64,000 bases of DNA from Pseudomonadota bacterium (GCA_027491115.1 JAIXWV010000037.1:3048-67047), one strand, 5' to 3'; counted from the stretch's first letter, positions 37,213 to 46,598 are shown. A program made the numbers and translations. Notes: generated from the letters alone by a model not told the origin.

Positions 37213-38904
37213 ATGGGTGGCTGGTCTGTGGGGGGCTTGTGGGCGGTGCTGGTTGGAGTCTTTGGATTTCAGCAGACCTTTGCCTTCGAAATCTCCAATT
37301 CGAATGTTGAACTGCGTAGGTTATCCAAGTGCGCAGGGATTTTCTTGAAAGAGCGGATCCCCGAAAATGATCCGCTCTGGGTCATGGTCAAGAGTGGTCA
37401 AAAAAGTGGTACGGATGCCTGCATGGAGATCCTGGCACTAGGCGAGCTGGATGGATCAGGATTGATCGGAGTACCCACCCAGTCGGCAGCTGCTACGCGT
37501 GGCTCCAAGGTTTTGAGCAGTTTTCTCGAGTTTCACAGGAGTCAGATGGTCGTGAGCGACTTTACCTCCGGGCTTGGGGCCATACGAAATGCTGAGATTC
37601 ATGATGTGAACAGTCCCGCCTATCACTTCGTCTACAGCGTATTCAAACGTAATGAAGCCTATTCATCCGTTCTCACTCGGAATTTTGACTTGCGAGCAAA
37701 GCGCTACACCGCTTTGGCCGGACGCAGGGAGAAAACATCTGATTTTCTCTTTTCCATGAAGGATGTAATGGAGAATGGAAAGCGGGAACCGTTTTTCGAC
37801 TACGGAAACAGCTATTCCTCCATGTTGCGTAATCCTTGTGATGATCCATGTTCTGTTCTGCCCGGGGACGTGATTCAGACCTGCACCGCCGTTCCCGTCT
37901 GCTGCAGGGATTGCATCACGACTTCCGTCCAAAACACCAACGCGGCTCCATCCAACGTAGCGGCGAATCCTCAGATCAACGGGGCGTTTCCCTGGTATCC
38001 GACCTTGGTCGAAACGGGTATTTTGAACGGATTGGTTCCTTCTAATGTCGAGAATATCATCAAGGTGGTCCATCGTGAGCGTTTCAATTACCGTTACTCA
38101 GTTGATGGTTCTATTCGAAGAGCGAATCTTCGGAACAAGTACTTTGAAGGCAATGTCAATGCACACATGGGGGCCGGATTTATCGGGAGTCAAACCTATC
38201 TGCTCATGAACAACAACAAGGCCTTGGGTGACCTGAGCGTTCGGACGGACGGAGGAATGAGGAGTTATCGTTTGTGGACCAAGCATGTTCTGGAGGACGC
38301 TCTTTGTCTCCAGCTCCCCGCACTTCGATCCTCGGATGTCCTGAGTACCTTGCGTCCGAACTCTGAGTTTCCTTGGCGTTCCGGCATCGCTTGCATGAGT
38401 TGTCATGAGACCATGGATGTGGGTGCCGGAGCGATCCGAAACCTGTATTCGATCATGAGCTCGGATGGTAACGGGACCAAGCCCACCCGGTTCTTCATGA
38501 AAAAGTCATCGTCCAAGCCTGGACAGCCTTATCCGGAGTTGGTGCCAGACCCCGACTTCTCGGATAGGCCTGCTCAATCAGTCATCAAGTATCGAAGTTA
38601 TGACGGTTCTCTCATTTCAATACCGGTTGAAGGGATTCAGGCCTTTGGTGAGGCACTGGCGAACTCCCAGGATTTTTATGCTTGTGGGGCCAAGCGGTAT
38701 TTCGAGTGGCTCACCGGGGTTCCAGTGAACTTAGGAGATGTGACCGATCCGCTGTATCCTGTAGCCTTGACCAACAGCCAAAAGATGTATCGGAGTCGTG
38801 TGATTGAACTCGGGAAACAATTGAAGCAGAGTCAGTCGGTAAGGGAGCTCCTCAGAAGCATCATTTCATCTGATACTTTTGTGACGCCGGATCGGGGGGT
38901 GTGA
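37213..38904 (+). CDS. Secreted CxxCH-containing protein, DUF1588/DUF1585-like
   Basis: Signal-like N-terminus. CMSCH at 38392-38406 sits in the context SGIACMSCHETMDVGAG. This resembles the C..CH..iDp.G signature I recall for the Planctomycete-type DUF1585/1588 modules. Assignment is from memory. Confidence 0.6.
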   Translation: MGGWSVGGLWAVLVGVFGFQQTFAFEISNSNVELRRLSKCAGIFLKERIPENDPLWVMVKSGQKSGTDACMEILALGELDGSGLIGVPTQSAAATRGSKVLSSFLEFHRSQMVVSDFTSGLGAIRNAEIHDVNSPAYHFVYSVFKRNEAYSSVLTRNFDLRAKRYTALAGRREKTSDFLFSMKDVMENGKREPFFDYGNSYSSMLRNPCDDPCSVLPGDVIQTCTAVPVCCRDCITTSVQNTNAAPSNVAANPQINGAFPWYPTLVETGILNGLVPSNVENIIKVVHRERFNYRYSVDGSIRRANLRNKYFEGNVNAHMGAGFIGSQTYLLMNNNKALGDLSVRTDGGMRSYRLWTKHVLEDALCLQLPALRSSDVLSTLRPNSEFPWRSGIACMSCHETMDVGAGAIRNLYSIMSSDGNGTKPTRFFMKKSSSKPGQPYPELVPDPDFSDRPAQSVIKYRSYDGSLISIPVEGIQAFGEALANSQDFYACGAKRYFEWLTGVPVNLGDVTDPLYPVALTNSQKMYRSRVIELGKQLKQSQSVRELLRSIISSDTFVTPDRGV

Positions 38905-40613
38905 TGAACCGCAGAAATTTCCTGAAGCATTCCATGCAAGGAGTAGGAGCTGGATTGTGGTTGCATTCACCCCTTGCTTACTTTCTTTCACATGTGCTGA
39001 ACGGGTATGTTTACCGAGCGGAAGCCCAGGGCGTAGCTGGAAGTGCCGGTTATGACAACACGATGAAGTTGATCAATGTGTGTATGAACGGGGCACCCTC
39101 CCGCTGGTTCTGGGACTGTCCCCTGAGGCCAAACGGATCCTCGGATGCCTTTCGTTACAACGCCGAGAATGATCCCAAAACCTCGATGTTGATCACCCGG
39201 TTGAATCCGGCTTTGAGTGCCAACGAGGGAATCGCCGGATATCGTGGTGAATATGCCACTCATTTGGTGAATGGTGTGCATTTGCCTTACCTCTGGTCAG
39301 GTCAGATGGCTCGCCCGGGTGGGGGATCGGTCCCCATGGAGCTTCTTGCCAAGAATATGCTCATGATGAGAGGGCTACATACTCTCGACGGACACATCAA
39401 TGCGGGACTTCCTGTCTCTCCTCCCGGTGGAGCATCGCTTGGTGGGACGTTGGCTGAGTCCTCCAGCAAAGTTTTTCCGGCTATTGGTTACCGCACGGAC
39501 AAGAGATTCTACAAATCGTCCAAAGGGATTCCAATTGAGTACCTCCCTTCATCGCGACCCCTGACCCGTCTTTTTACACCGTTCAATTTGATGACTACCA
39601 TCCTTGAATCGAATTCGACAGGGTTGGGAGATGCGATGGATGTGGCGCTTGAGGCGATGAAAAGGCAAGCAGGTGATCGCCATCGTATGTTTCCGAACAG
39701 TTACGTTCAGCGCCAGAATGCCAAGCGCCTCATGAAGTTGGATTTTGCTCAGCTAGCCACCGTCTACACATCACTCGTGAGTAAGTATCAGAATCTCTTA
39801 TCGAGGTCGTTCGGTGAACCCGGTTTGCGGTTGGCAGGGGTGGATGACATTCCCATCGCAGGGATCAATCAGGTGAATCAGTTCAAGACCGAGATTGCAG
39901 GAACTTTTGGTTATTATACCGGGTCCGACATCACGACCCTGCTTGGTTCTGGAAGTAATATCGAACACCTAGCTCCAGGATTTGCTGTGAGTGAGTTCAT
40001 GATGACCGGTGGGTCGATGTTCCAACAGGACTTCAGCTCTTTCTCAAATATTGTTTTGGGTGCTTCATTCCAAGGAGCGCGTGATGTCGACGCGGCAGCA
40101 GGGACCACCATGATTTCGGTGGATGCTCACCAGTCCGGAGCCTACGTCCAGCTGGTGTCTTTCTCGAGGTATTTCCGAGGGCTTTCCTCATGTCTTTATG
40201 AGCTGGTTGAGCAACTTAAGGCTCGATCGGCCCCTGATGGTAAGAATCTCTTCGACAAGACAGTAATCACCTTAACCTCCGAGTTCGCCCGAGATGCGTG
40301 GGACGATGGAAGTGGGGCGGATCATGGGCCTGCTGGTTCGAACTATACAATTCTATCGGGGCAAGTGAGCAATACTATGGTGGTAGGAAATATCAAGGTC
40401 GAGTCCAACCAAGTTCTCCGCAAGAGGAACACTTGGGGTGAAGCTGCGGGATTGGAAACTCTCGGGGGACAGACCGCTGGTTATGGAAACGCCATTTCTA
40501 CGGTTGCGTCCATGCTCAAAATTCCAAGCCCTTCTGCGAATAATCCTCCACTCGTTACGAGAAATACAAGTGGGGGTTGGGTGTCGTCTGTCGGGGAGCC
40601 TAGAAATGTATAA
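38901..40613 (+). CDS. Tat-signal protein, DUF1552/DUF1501-like (alkaline-phosphatase/sulfatase fold)
   Basis: Twin-arginine leader MNRRNFLKHSMQGVGAG. C-terminal DGSGADHGPAGSNYTILSG resembles the G(R)DH...G motif of DUF1501/1552. ATGA overlap with the upstream gene. Confidence 0.6.
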   Translation: MMNRRNFLKHSMQGVGAGLWLHSPLAYFLSHVLNGYVYRAEAQGVAGSAGYDNTMKLINVCMNGAPSRWFWDCPLRPNGSSDAFRYNAENDPKTSMLITRLNPALSANEGIAGYRGEYATHLVNGVHLPYLWSGQMARPGGGSVPMELLAKNMLMMRGLHTLDGHINAGLPVSPPGGASLGGTLAESSSKVFPAIGYRTDKRFYKSSKGIPIEYLPSSRPLTRLFTPFNLMTTILESNSTGLGDAMDVALEAMKRQAGDRHRMFPNSYVQRQNAKRLMKLDFAQLATVYTSLVSKYQNLLSRSFGEPGLRLAGVDDIPIAGINQVNQFKTEIAGTFGYYTGSDITTLLGSGSNIEHLAPGFAVSEFMMTGGSMFQQDFSSFSNIVLGASFQGARDVDAAAGTTMISVDAHQSGAYVQLVSFSRYFRGLSSCLYELVEQLKARSAPDGKNLFDKTVITLTSEFARDAWDDGSGADHGPAGSNYTILSGQVSNTMVVGNIKVESNQVLRKRNTWGEAAGLETLGGQTAGYGNAISTVASMLKIPSPSANNPPLVTRNTSGGWVSSVGEPRNV

Positions 40614-41307
40614 ATTTATCCTCGCCTTGGGACTACCGCTCCTGCTCCTCTCTCTCGGCTGTACTCAAAACACTTCAGAGCTCAAGTTTAACGATAAGAC
40701 TGCCAGATCCGTTGCGTCATCCAAGCTGATGGATACCGACTACGCAGTGGAGGCTCAGATCGGTGATCGAAGGGTGATCAATTCGGCACTTCTGGATGTG
40801 TTCCAGGTGAGTGCTTCAGATCCTGATTACTCTGTATTTCACCAGTTCCTGTTTGATGGTGATTTCGGGGGAGCATGTGATCTCTACGAGTCATCAGAAA
40901 TACCTGACTCCGTGAACGGTGGGGTGATGCGCGAGTTCCCCGAAAGGGCATGCGGGAGTGAAGTCACTCCAGTGTTGCCCGCTTTGTCGAATCCAATGAG
41001 GTTTGCGCTCATGACCCGAAGATGCGAAGCCCTCATTGGAGGAACGACCACCCTCAGAATTTCTCGGTTGATGGCGCGTGTGTTCCCCGACTGGACCCTG
41101 GCTCAAGCTGAACAGACGATTTTTGCACCAAGTGCGGATTCCATCAAAAAGGCATACCGGATCTTTTATCGATTAGATGATCCTTCCGATGAGGTGATTC
41201 AAGCCTTGTTGGGTGTGGCCAGCCACAAAAGTACACAGCTTGGAAACTGGAGATCCGTGATGATTACTCTTTGCATGTCTCCCGAGTGGCAACAGCTCGG
41301 GAATTGA
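40606..41307 (+). CDS. Lipoprotein of unknown function (third gene of the operon)
   Basis: The ATG at 40606 is preceded by GGGGAG and gives MYKFILALGLPLLLLSLGC (lipobox). It overlaps the upstream stop by 8 nt. The track ORF extension from 40438 is probably not translated. Confidence 0.55.
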   Translation: MYKFILALGLPLLLLSLGCTQNTSELKFNDKTARSVASSKLMDTDYAVEAQIGDRRVINSALLDVFQVSASDPDYSVFHQFLFDGDFGGACDLYESSEIPDSVNGGVMREFPERACGSEVTPVLPALSNPMRFALMTRRCEALIGGTTTLRISRLMARVFPDWTLAQAEQTIFAPSADSIKKAYRIFYRLDDPSDEVIQALLGVASHKSTQLGNWRSVMITLCMSPEWQQLGN

Positions 41308-41309
41308 GT

Positions 41310-41606
41310 TCATGGGTCATGCGGTGAGTTAGCGGGTTCGTATTGAACAGGTTCTTTCACGGACTCGTGCTCACCCGAGTCAACATCCACACTGGTTTCA
41401 GTGGGTACTGTGCGACTCGAGGTGGATGCTCCCGTGTTGCCGGGATGAAGTCGGTGGTAATCCTCCTCCAAGCGAGCCGCAAATTCGATGAGAACAAGCT
41501 CTTCTATGGCGTATTGAGACCCTGGTGCCGGAGTCGATACCGAGCATGATACATTCACGAGTGCCAAAGAGGCCAATGTCAAACTGATCGAGACGGTCTT
41601 GCTCAT
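41310..41606 (-). CDS. Small lipoprotein, hypothetical
   Basis: 98 aa with the signal plus lipobox LALVNVSC. ATGA overlap with the upstream membrane-protein gene. Confidence 0.45.
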   Translation of the reverse strand: MSKTVSISLTLASLALVNVSCSVSTPAPGSQYAIEELVLIEFAARLEEDYHRLHPGNTGASTSSRTVPTETSVDVDSGEHESVKEPVQYEPANSPHDP

Positions 41607-42103
41607 TCTTTGATCCGTGTTTTGAGCTCATTGACGACGGGCTCGAGGTCCCGGAGAAAATCGTTTTTTCTGAGCTTGAAGTCAGGTCCTTCAGGAGCGA
41701 TCACCCGGGCAAGATACCCCTTCAGCTTGTGCAGGGGGCCGGCAATCCGGTGTGAAACCACGACACCTACTCCTACAAGTACGATCAAATTGACCAAGGC
41801 TAGTAGAGCGAAGGTTAGATCGAGATCTCGTTTTTCATTCCCTATGAATTGAAAAAAAATGTGTCCCTCAGGAATTCCCACATTCAAGGCTTTTTGACGG
41901 AGTCTCCAAAAGAAGATAAACACCGTCGAGTAGAGACTGATGGTTGTAAATGCAAAGAGTCCGGCGAAGTAGGAGATCAGTTTCAGCTGGAACTCGGGTT
42001 CAATGAGGTAGTTTTTGAGTTTACGTTTGTAAGTGCCCACCCTTTGATGATCGGAGTTTTGGGGACAAGTTGCAAGTAGCACCGGAAGTAAGAGCTCTAT
42101 CAA
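41603..42103 (-). CDS. Small two-TM membrane protein with HAMP-like segment
   Basis: Two hydrophobic helices, then SHRIAGPLHKLKGYL (HAMP-type P-helix start). The listed start is TTG and the true start is uncertain. Confidence 0.5.
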   Translation of the reverse strand: MIELLLPVLLATCPQNSDHQRVGTYKRKLKNYLIEPEFQLKLISYFAGLFAFTTISLYSTVFIFFWRLRQKALNVGIPEGHIFFQFIGNEKRDLDLTFALLALVNLIVLVGVGVVVSHRIAGPLHKLKGYLARVIAPEGPDFKLRKNDFLRDLEPVVNELKTRIKE

Positions 42104-42159
42104 AAGTTAACGCCCAGCATTAATGGCTCTGATGAGTATCCGTGGGTCAGTTGCAGGTC

Positions 42160-42735
42160 CTATTTTCGGTAACAAAGCTGAACAAAACCGTTTTCGGTAA
42201 TTTGAGTTTGAGTGAGTTTCCAGTTTTTAACGCTCGTCATGTTCAAGGACCGGAAAAGCGGGATGCCTGCTTGCAGAGTTCTGGGCGCGATCGAGACAAT
42301 GATCTCGTCCAACAGGTCAAGTTCAAGGACCTGTGCTGCAACATCTCCCCCGCCGACAATCCAGATTCTCTTGTTGGTCCGATTCATTAAATCTGAAACA
42401 AAAGTTTTGAGATCCATCGAAGGGGGAGCGAGTTGGATTCCAGGTAGAAGAGGGGCCTTCGCTGAGAGCGACTCAGACAAAACCCAGGTTTCTATTCCTT
42501 GGTAAGGATTGGATCCATATTGAACGAGAAAGTCATAAGTCTTCCTTCCCATCACAATGGCTCCAACTGATTTGAGGTAATCCTCGTACTTGAATAGGTT
42601 CTCCGTGTCCCCCGGCTGCCGAAAGGATTGAACGACTTCATTTGGAGCGATTGAATCGAGCCAACTCACACCATGAGAGAGGTCTGCAATGTATCCGTCC
42701 AGAGATTGAGCGACGTAATAAGAAACGATGGTCAT
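42160..42735 (-). CDS. Dihydrofolate reductase-family protein (RibD C-terminal domain type)
   Basis: YYVAQSLDGYIAD, IVMGRKTYDF and IWIVGGGDVAAQ. Confidence 0.8.
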   Translation of the reverse strand: MTIVSYYVAQSLDGYIADLSHGVSWLDSIAPNEVVQSFRQPGDTENLFKYEDYLKSVGAIVMGRKTYDFLVQYGSNPYQGIETWVLSESLSAKAPLLPGIQLAPPSMDLKTFVSDLMNRTNKRIWIVGGGDVAAQVLELDLLDEIIVSIAPRTLQAGIPLFRSLNMTSVKNWKLTQTQITENGFVQLCYRK

Positions 42736-42823
42736 GGTTTCATCATGATAGCAGGATCATCGTCCATGAGTGGCTGCAGCGATCAGATGAATTGAAAGCG
42801 ATACTCCAGATGAGATTGAAAAA

Positions 42824-42899
42824 TGGCGTCCCCACGGGGAGTCGAACCCCGGTTACTGCCGTGAAAAGGCGGTGTCCTAGGCCTCTAGACGATGGGGAC
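42824..42899 (-). tRNA. tRNA-Glu (anticodon UUC), CCA encoded
   Basis: The reverse complement GTCCCCATCGTCTAGAGGCCTAGGACACCGCCTTTTCACGGCAGTAACCGGGGTTCGACTCCCCGTGGGGACGCCA is near-identical in layout to bacterial tRNA-Glu. The anticodon stem has one C-A mismatch. Confidence 0.9.
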
Positions 42900-43052
42900 G
42901 CATGATTAGAGGAAGCCCTTTTTTAATCGAGGGGGAGGGAAGATTCAAGAAGAAAGTGGAAGTGATGTGATTTTTGTGCGCCGCGTTTATCGCTCCTTCG
43001 GTTCAGGCGCCGGCAAACCTTTGTCAGTGTATTCTTAGGGTTACCGGGTAGA

Positions 43053-44057
43053 ATGGAAATCATGAGTGAAATCAAAAAGCGGAATGTGAATCCCCTGGCC
43101 CTGGTCCTCGGGCTTTCTGCCGTTCTGTTCGGATTTTTCCTGATCTTCTCCTTCGTTTATTACTTCATGAAGGGTGGAGAACACTGGAAAAACGGGGATC
43201 AACAAAAGGTGTTCGCCGACAAAAACGAGCGGGTTGCCGTGATTGAAGTCAAAGGGGTGATCCTTGAGTCGAAGAAGGTCATCCGGAATCTGAAGGATGC
43301 AGAAGAAGACAAGTCCATTAAGGCTGTTGTGGTGCGTTTGAATTCACCGGGTGGCGCAGTGGCGCCTTCTCAAGAGATCTATGAAGCAGTGAAACGCTTC
43401 AAGAAGCCTCTGGTGGTTTCCATGGGTAGCGTAGCGGCGTCCGGTGCATACTATATTGCCGCCGGCTCCAAGCGGGTGTTCGCCAATGCAGGGACTTTGA
43501 CCGGTTCCATCGGGGTCATCATGGAGTTCATGAATCTCCGGAAGCTCTATGAGTGGGCAAAGGTGGAGCGCTACTCGGTCAAGACCGGTAAATTCAAAGA
43601 CAGTGGAGCAGATTGGCGGGACCTTTCTCCCGAGGAACGCGAATATTTTCAGGCGCTGGTGATGGATACTCTCGGGCAGTTCAAAGGTGCGGTGGCCGAG
43701 GGCCGGAAGCTTTCTGCCGAAGAGGTGAATGTCGTGGCTGACGGACGTGTGTTTACCGGTACCCAGGCCTTGAAGTTGAAGCTCGTGGACGAGCTCGGGA
43801 CTCTAGAAGACGCGGTCCGCTACATTGCAAAAGAAGCAGGATTCAAGGGCAAGCCTCAAGTCGTCTACCCAATCAGAAAGATGAAGGGATTGCAGGAACT
43901 TCTCATGGGTTCCCAGGACGATGATGAAGGCTTCGAAGAAGAGAGCAGTTTCATCGATCGATTAGTGGGTAAAGTGACCGAACGTCTGGTCGGTGGCTCG
44001 AGCGAGGTCAGGGTACTCCCTGCGGGACTCTATGCGATCTGGCATGCCGCCCGCTAA
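43053..44057 (+). CDS. sppA: Signal peptide peptidase SppA (36K type)
   Basis: N-terminal TM, VVRLNSPGGAV and the Ser nucleophile context MGSVAASGAYYIAAG. Confidence 0.88.
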   Translation: MEIMSEIKKRNVNPLALVLGLSAVLFGFFLIFSFVYYFMKGGEHWKNGDQQKVFADKNERVAVIEVKGVILESKKVIRNLKDAEEDKSIKAVVVRLNSPGGAVAPSQEIYEAVKRFKKPLVVSMGSVAASGAYYIAAGSKRVFANAGTLTGSIGVIMEFMNLRKLYEWAKVERYSVKTGKFKDSGADWRDLSPEEREYFQALVMDTLGQFKGAVAEGRKLSAEEVNVVADGRVFTGTQALKLKLVDELGTLEDAVRYIAKEAGFKGKPQVVYPIRKMKGLQELLMGSQDDDEGFEEESSFIDRLVGKVTERLVGGSSEVRVLPAGLYAIWHAAR

Positions 44058-45294
44058 ATCGGGTCCGGGCCAGAAGGTCGCCCAGTCTCTGGTGCGATTG
44101 AGGGTGCTTGCGGTTGAAGTTCTGGCTCAAGCCGGGAACTCCAAGGGGCCTCTTGAGGAGGCGATGACCACCGTACTATCCAGAGACAGTGGCGCAACTT
44201 TCCAGGAGTTCGACCGGTCTTGGATCTTCGAACTGTGTTCGGGTGTACTTCGATATCGTGGACGCCTCGATTTCATGATCGACACCTATTCACTAAAAAA
44301 GAAACCCACCGGTGAGATCCGGCGGTTTCTGCAGACCGGAGTTTTCCAGTTGCTGGCACAGGACACGCCCGCAGCGCTGGTGGTCTCGGAGTGTGTGCAA
44401 GCGATCCGTGAGATGGATGGCGATGCTCCCTCCAAGTTTGCCAATGCGATCCTACGGAAAGTCGCCGATTCACGCGAGCAGTGGCAGAACTGGAAGGTTT
44501 CCGAGCATAGCCCCTTCGAAGAACAGCTGGCTTGGTGCAGTCTTCCGGAGTGGTTGTTCAAAAAGCTCCGTAAGGAGCGAGGGAGTCCTTGGACCTTTGC
44601 GTTTGCGGAGGCCGTGTTGAGCCGTCCCAACCTCTGGTACCGCAGTGGTGATGAGATAACCATTCTGCATGACGGATTCCGGGGTGATGAGCCTTCTGGA
44701 TATGTCCAGGACATCTCCAATCAGTTACTGGTCAAAGAAGTGGTGTCCACCATCGAGGAACGTGGATGGAAGAATCCCAGAATTCTCGATTTGTGTTCGG
44801 CCCCCGGCGGGAAAGCGCTCGGTCTCGCTTCTGCAGGATACTCAGTGACTGCGACCGACATCAATGAAGAAAGGCTTTCGAAGGTCAGGGAAAATGCAGA
44901 TCGCCTAGGACTTACTGATCGAATCACGGTCACATCCCATTCGATGGTCTGGGACAGCCCCGAGACCTATGATTTAATCTGGATTGATGCTCCCTGTTCG
45001 AGTACAGGAATCATTCGAAAGCATCCGGAGATCAAATGGAACCGGGGGTGGCACGATGTGGAGCGCCTGGCGTTACAACAAGAAGAACTTCTCCACTGGG
45101 CCGAATCGCATCTCGCTCCCGGAGGGCTGATTCTTTATTCCACTTGTTCGATGCTCAAGCTCGAGAATGAACCCAAGCTGGGCACCGGTTTGCGGGTGAT
45201 CAAGGGTGCTGAGTGGGTGCCCCAGTCAGAGCCGAAGGGGGATGGCATTCACGCCATCTGGATTGAAGCGGTAAAGAGCGGAGCGCAGATTTAG
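44044..45294 (+). CDS. rsmB: 16S rRNA (cytosine-C5)-methyltransferase RsmB/Sun family
   Basis: NusB-like N-terminus, SAM motif ILDLCSAPGGKAL and the catalytic IWIDAPCSSTGIIRKHPEIKW. The start is uncertain: in-frame candidates are GTG 43993, ATG 44032 and ATG 44044. Confidence 0.85.
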   Translation: MPPAKSGPGQKVAQSLVRLRVLAVEVLAQAGNSKGPLEEAMTTVLSRDSGATFQEFDRSWIFELCSGVLRYRGRLDFMIDTYSLKKKPTGEIRRFLQTGVFQLLAQDTPAALVVSECVQAIREMDGDAPSKFANAILRKVADSREQWQNWKVSEHSPFEEQLAWCSLPEWLFKKLRKERGSPWTFAFAEAVLSRPNLWYRSGDEITILHDGFRGDEPSGYVQDISNQLLVKEVVSTIEERGWKNPRILDLCSAPGGKALGLASAGYSVTATDINEERLSKVRENADRLGLTDRITVTSHSMVWDSPETYDLIWIDAPCSSTGIIRKHPEIKWNRGWHDVERLALQQEELLHWAESHLAPGGLILYSTCSMLKLENEPKLGTGLRVIKGAEWVPQSEPKGDGIHAIWIEAVKSGAQI

Positions 45295-46598
45295 CGATTC
45301 GTCCTGTATTGCCTTATCAATACTATGCCGAGACCCACCGAGACCAACATGAGAAGTGGAACCAGGGGGCGTTGATCCATCAGGAATTGTTCCGAGTTGG
45401 TGAGTATGGTGGAAAAAGGGGGTTGCACCAAGTTGGTACAGATCATCGTCTGTCCGAGTGCGCCGATCAGATTGTATGCAACGGAGTAGATCCATGCCCC
45501 GATCAGCAGTGATCTCTGTAAGGCATTCCCAGACCAAGCCATGAGTCCGATACAGGCGAACGGGAGGATTGGCATCAAGTATCGCGCTCCGAACTGACAG
45601 TGCCCTTCCGTTCCCATGTTGAACAGGTAGGTCAGATGAATGACCAAGAATGCGAATCCAAGATTCCTGATCTTATGGAGCTGTGTCGGCAAGAAAAGGA
45701 TTCCGATCATTCCCAGGAGCACCACCGGCATGGTATGGGCAATCGACATGTTGCTCATCGGGCTCAGGTATTCGTTCCAACGGATGAGAAAAGTGGTCCA
45801 TGATGGAGCGAAGAAGGTGTTGGAATAATTACCGGCCATGTTCGCCTGAGTCAGTGGATTTCCGAAGTAATGGAAGTTATAGAGTGCGGTGGGTAAGTAA
45901 CCCGCCACGAATCCGGCTCCGTAAATCGCACCACCGCGCAGTCCGAGGTGGATCAGCGAGAACAGGAGGCAGGTCGCCACCAAGAGTGCGGGTAACATCG
46001 AAAAGAAAATCACCAAACCGAGAAGAGCACCTGCAAAAAGAATGCTCACCGGTCTTCGTCCCGGATGGAGTTCCAGGAGTCCGATCGATGCAAATCCCAT
46101 GATGCAGGTGGCGAGTACATCGTGATGAGGGGTCCCGGTGTAGGGAAATAGATTGGTACCGAAAGCCAGAGTTGATGTCATCAATAGCGCTGTTCCACGC
46201 CGGCCACCGATCTTCCGGACGAATCCGAAAAAATAAACTACAAACCAAGCAGTCAGTAGTCCTGAGGTCCACCAGGTGGTCCAAGCAGAAGCGAAGTCAC
46301 GGAACTCCTGGTATCGGATTCCGAACAGGCGCAGAAATGAGTAGGGGATGGCTGTTGCGAAGAACACACCGGGCTGTTTCGCTGGCAACAGTTTGCCATG
46401 GTAACTGAACGAGTCGAGACTCGAATTAAAATCCGGAATCGTCGAGTGCCCGAGGGTGAAGGTTCCCCTTTCAACCAGGGACTCCGCCACACCTTGGGCG
46501 AGGGAGTAGGTTCGGAGCTCCGAAGCGTTGATCATTGCTCCGTAAATCATCCAGATCAGAAGAAAGGCCCAAACCCTCACGGAGTTCTGAGGTGCCAT
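45291..46598 (-). CDS. Multi-pass integral membrane protein, GT-C-fold (ArnT/PMT-like) candidate
   Basis: At least 11 hydrophobic helices. The first-loop segment DSFSYHGKLLPAKQPGVFF resembles the loop motif of GT-C glycosyltransferases. Possible starts are ATG 46598 or GTG 46580, the latter forming GTGA with the ALDH stop. Confidence 0.5.
   Translation of the reverse strand: MAPQNSVRVWAFLLIWMIYGAMINASELRTYSLAQGVAESLVERGTFTLGHSTIPDFNSSLDSFSYHGKLLPAKQPGVFFATAIPYSFLRLFGIRYQEFRDFASAWTTWWTSGLLTAWFVVYFFGFVRKIGGRRGTALLMTSTLAFGTNLFPYTGTPHHDVLATCIMGFASIGLLELHPGRRPVSILFAGALLGLVIFFSMLPALLVATCLLFSLIHLGLRGGAIYGAGFVAGYLPTALYNFHYFGNPLTQANMAGNYSNTFFAPSWTTFLIRWNEYLSPMSNMSIAHTMPVVLLGMIGILFLPTQLHKIRNLGFAFLVIHLTYLFNMGTEGHCQFGARYLMPILPFACIGLMAWSGNALQRSLLIGAWIYSVAYNLIGALGQTMICTNLVQPPFSTILTNSEQFLMDQRPLVPLLMLVSVGLGIVLIRQYRTNR

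Noticed and set aside
21662-42899. Two tRNA genes (Arg, Glu) about 21 kb apart, considered as possible borders of an integrated genomic island.
   Set aside because: No integrase, recombinase, transposase or phage genes lie between or beside them, and I noticed no direct repeat of a tRNA 3' end. The intervening genes include core functions (icd, trxC, arfB).
42901-43052. 150-nt non-coding gap upstream of tRNA-Glu and sppA, inspected for an sRNA or riboswitch.
   Set aside because: It contains only a plausible tRNA promoter (TTGAAT ... TAAAAA) and weak 5-bp stems, with no recognisable conserved RNA motif.
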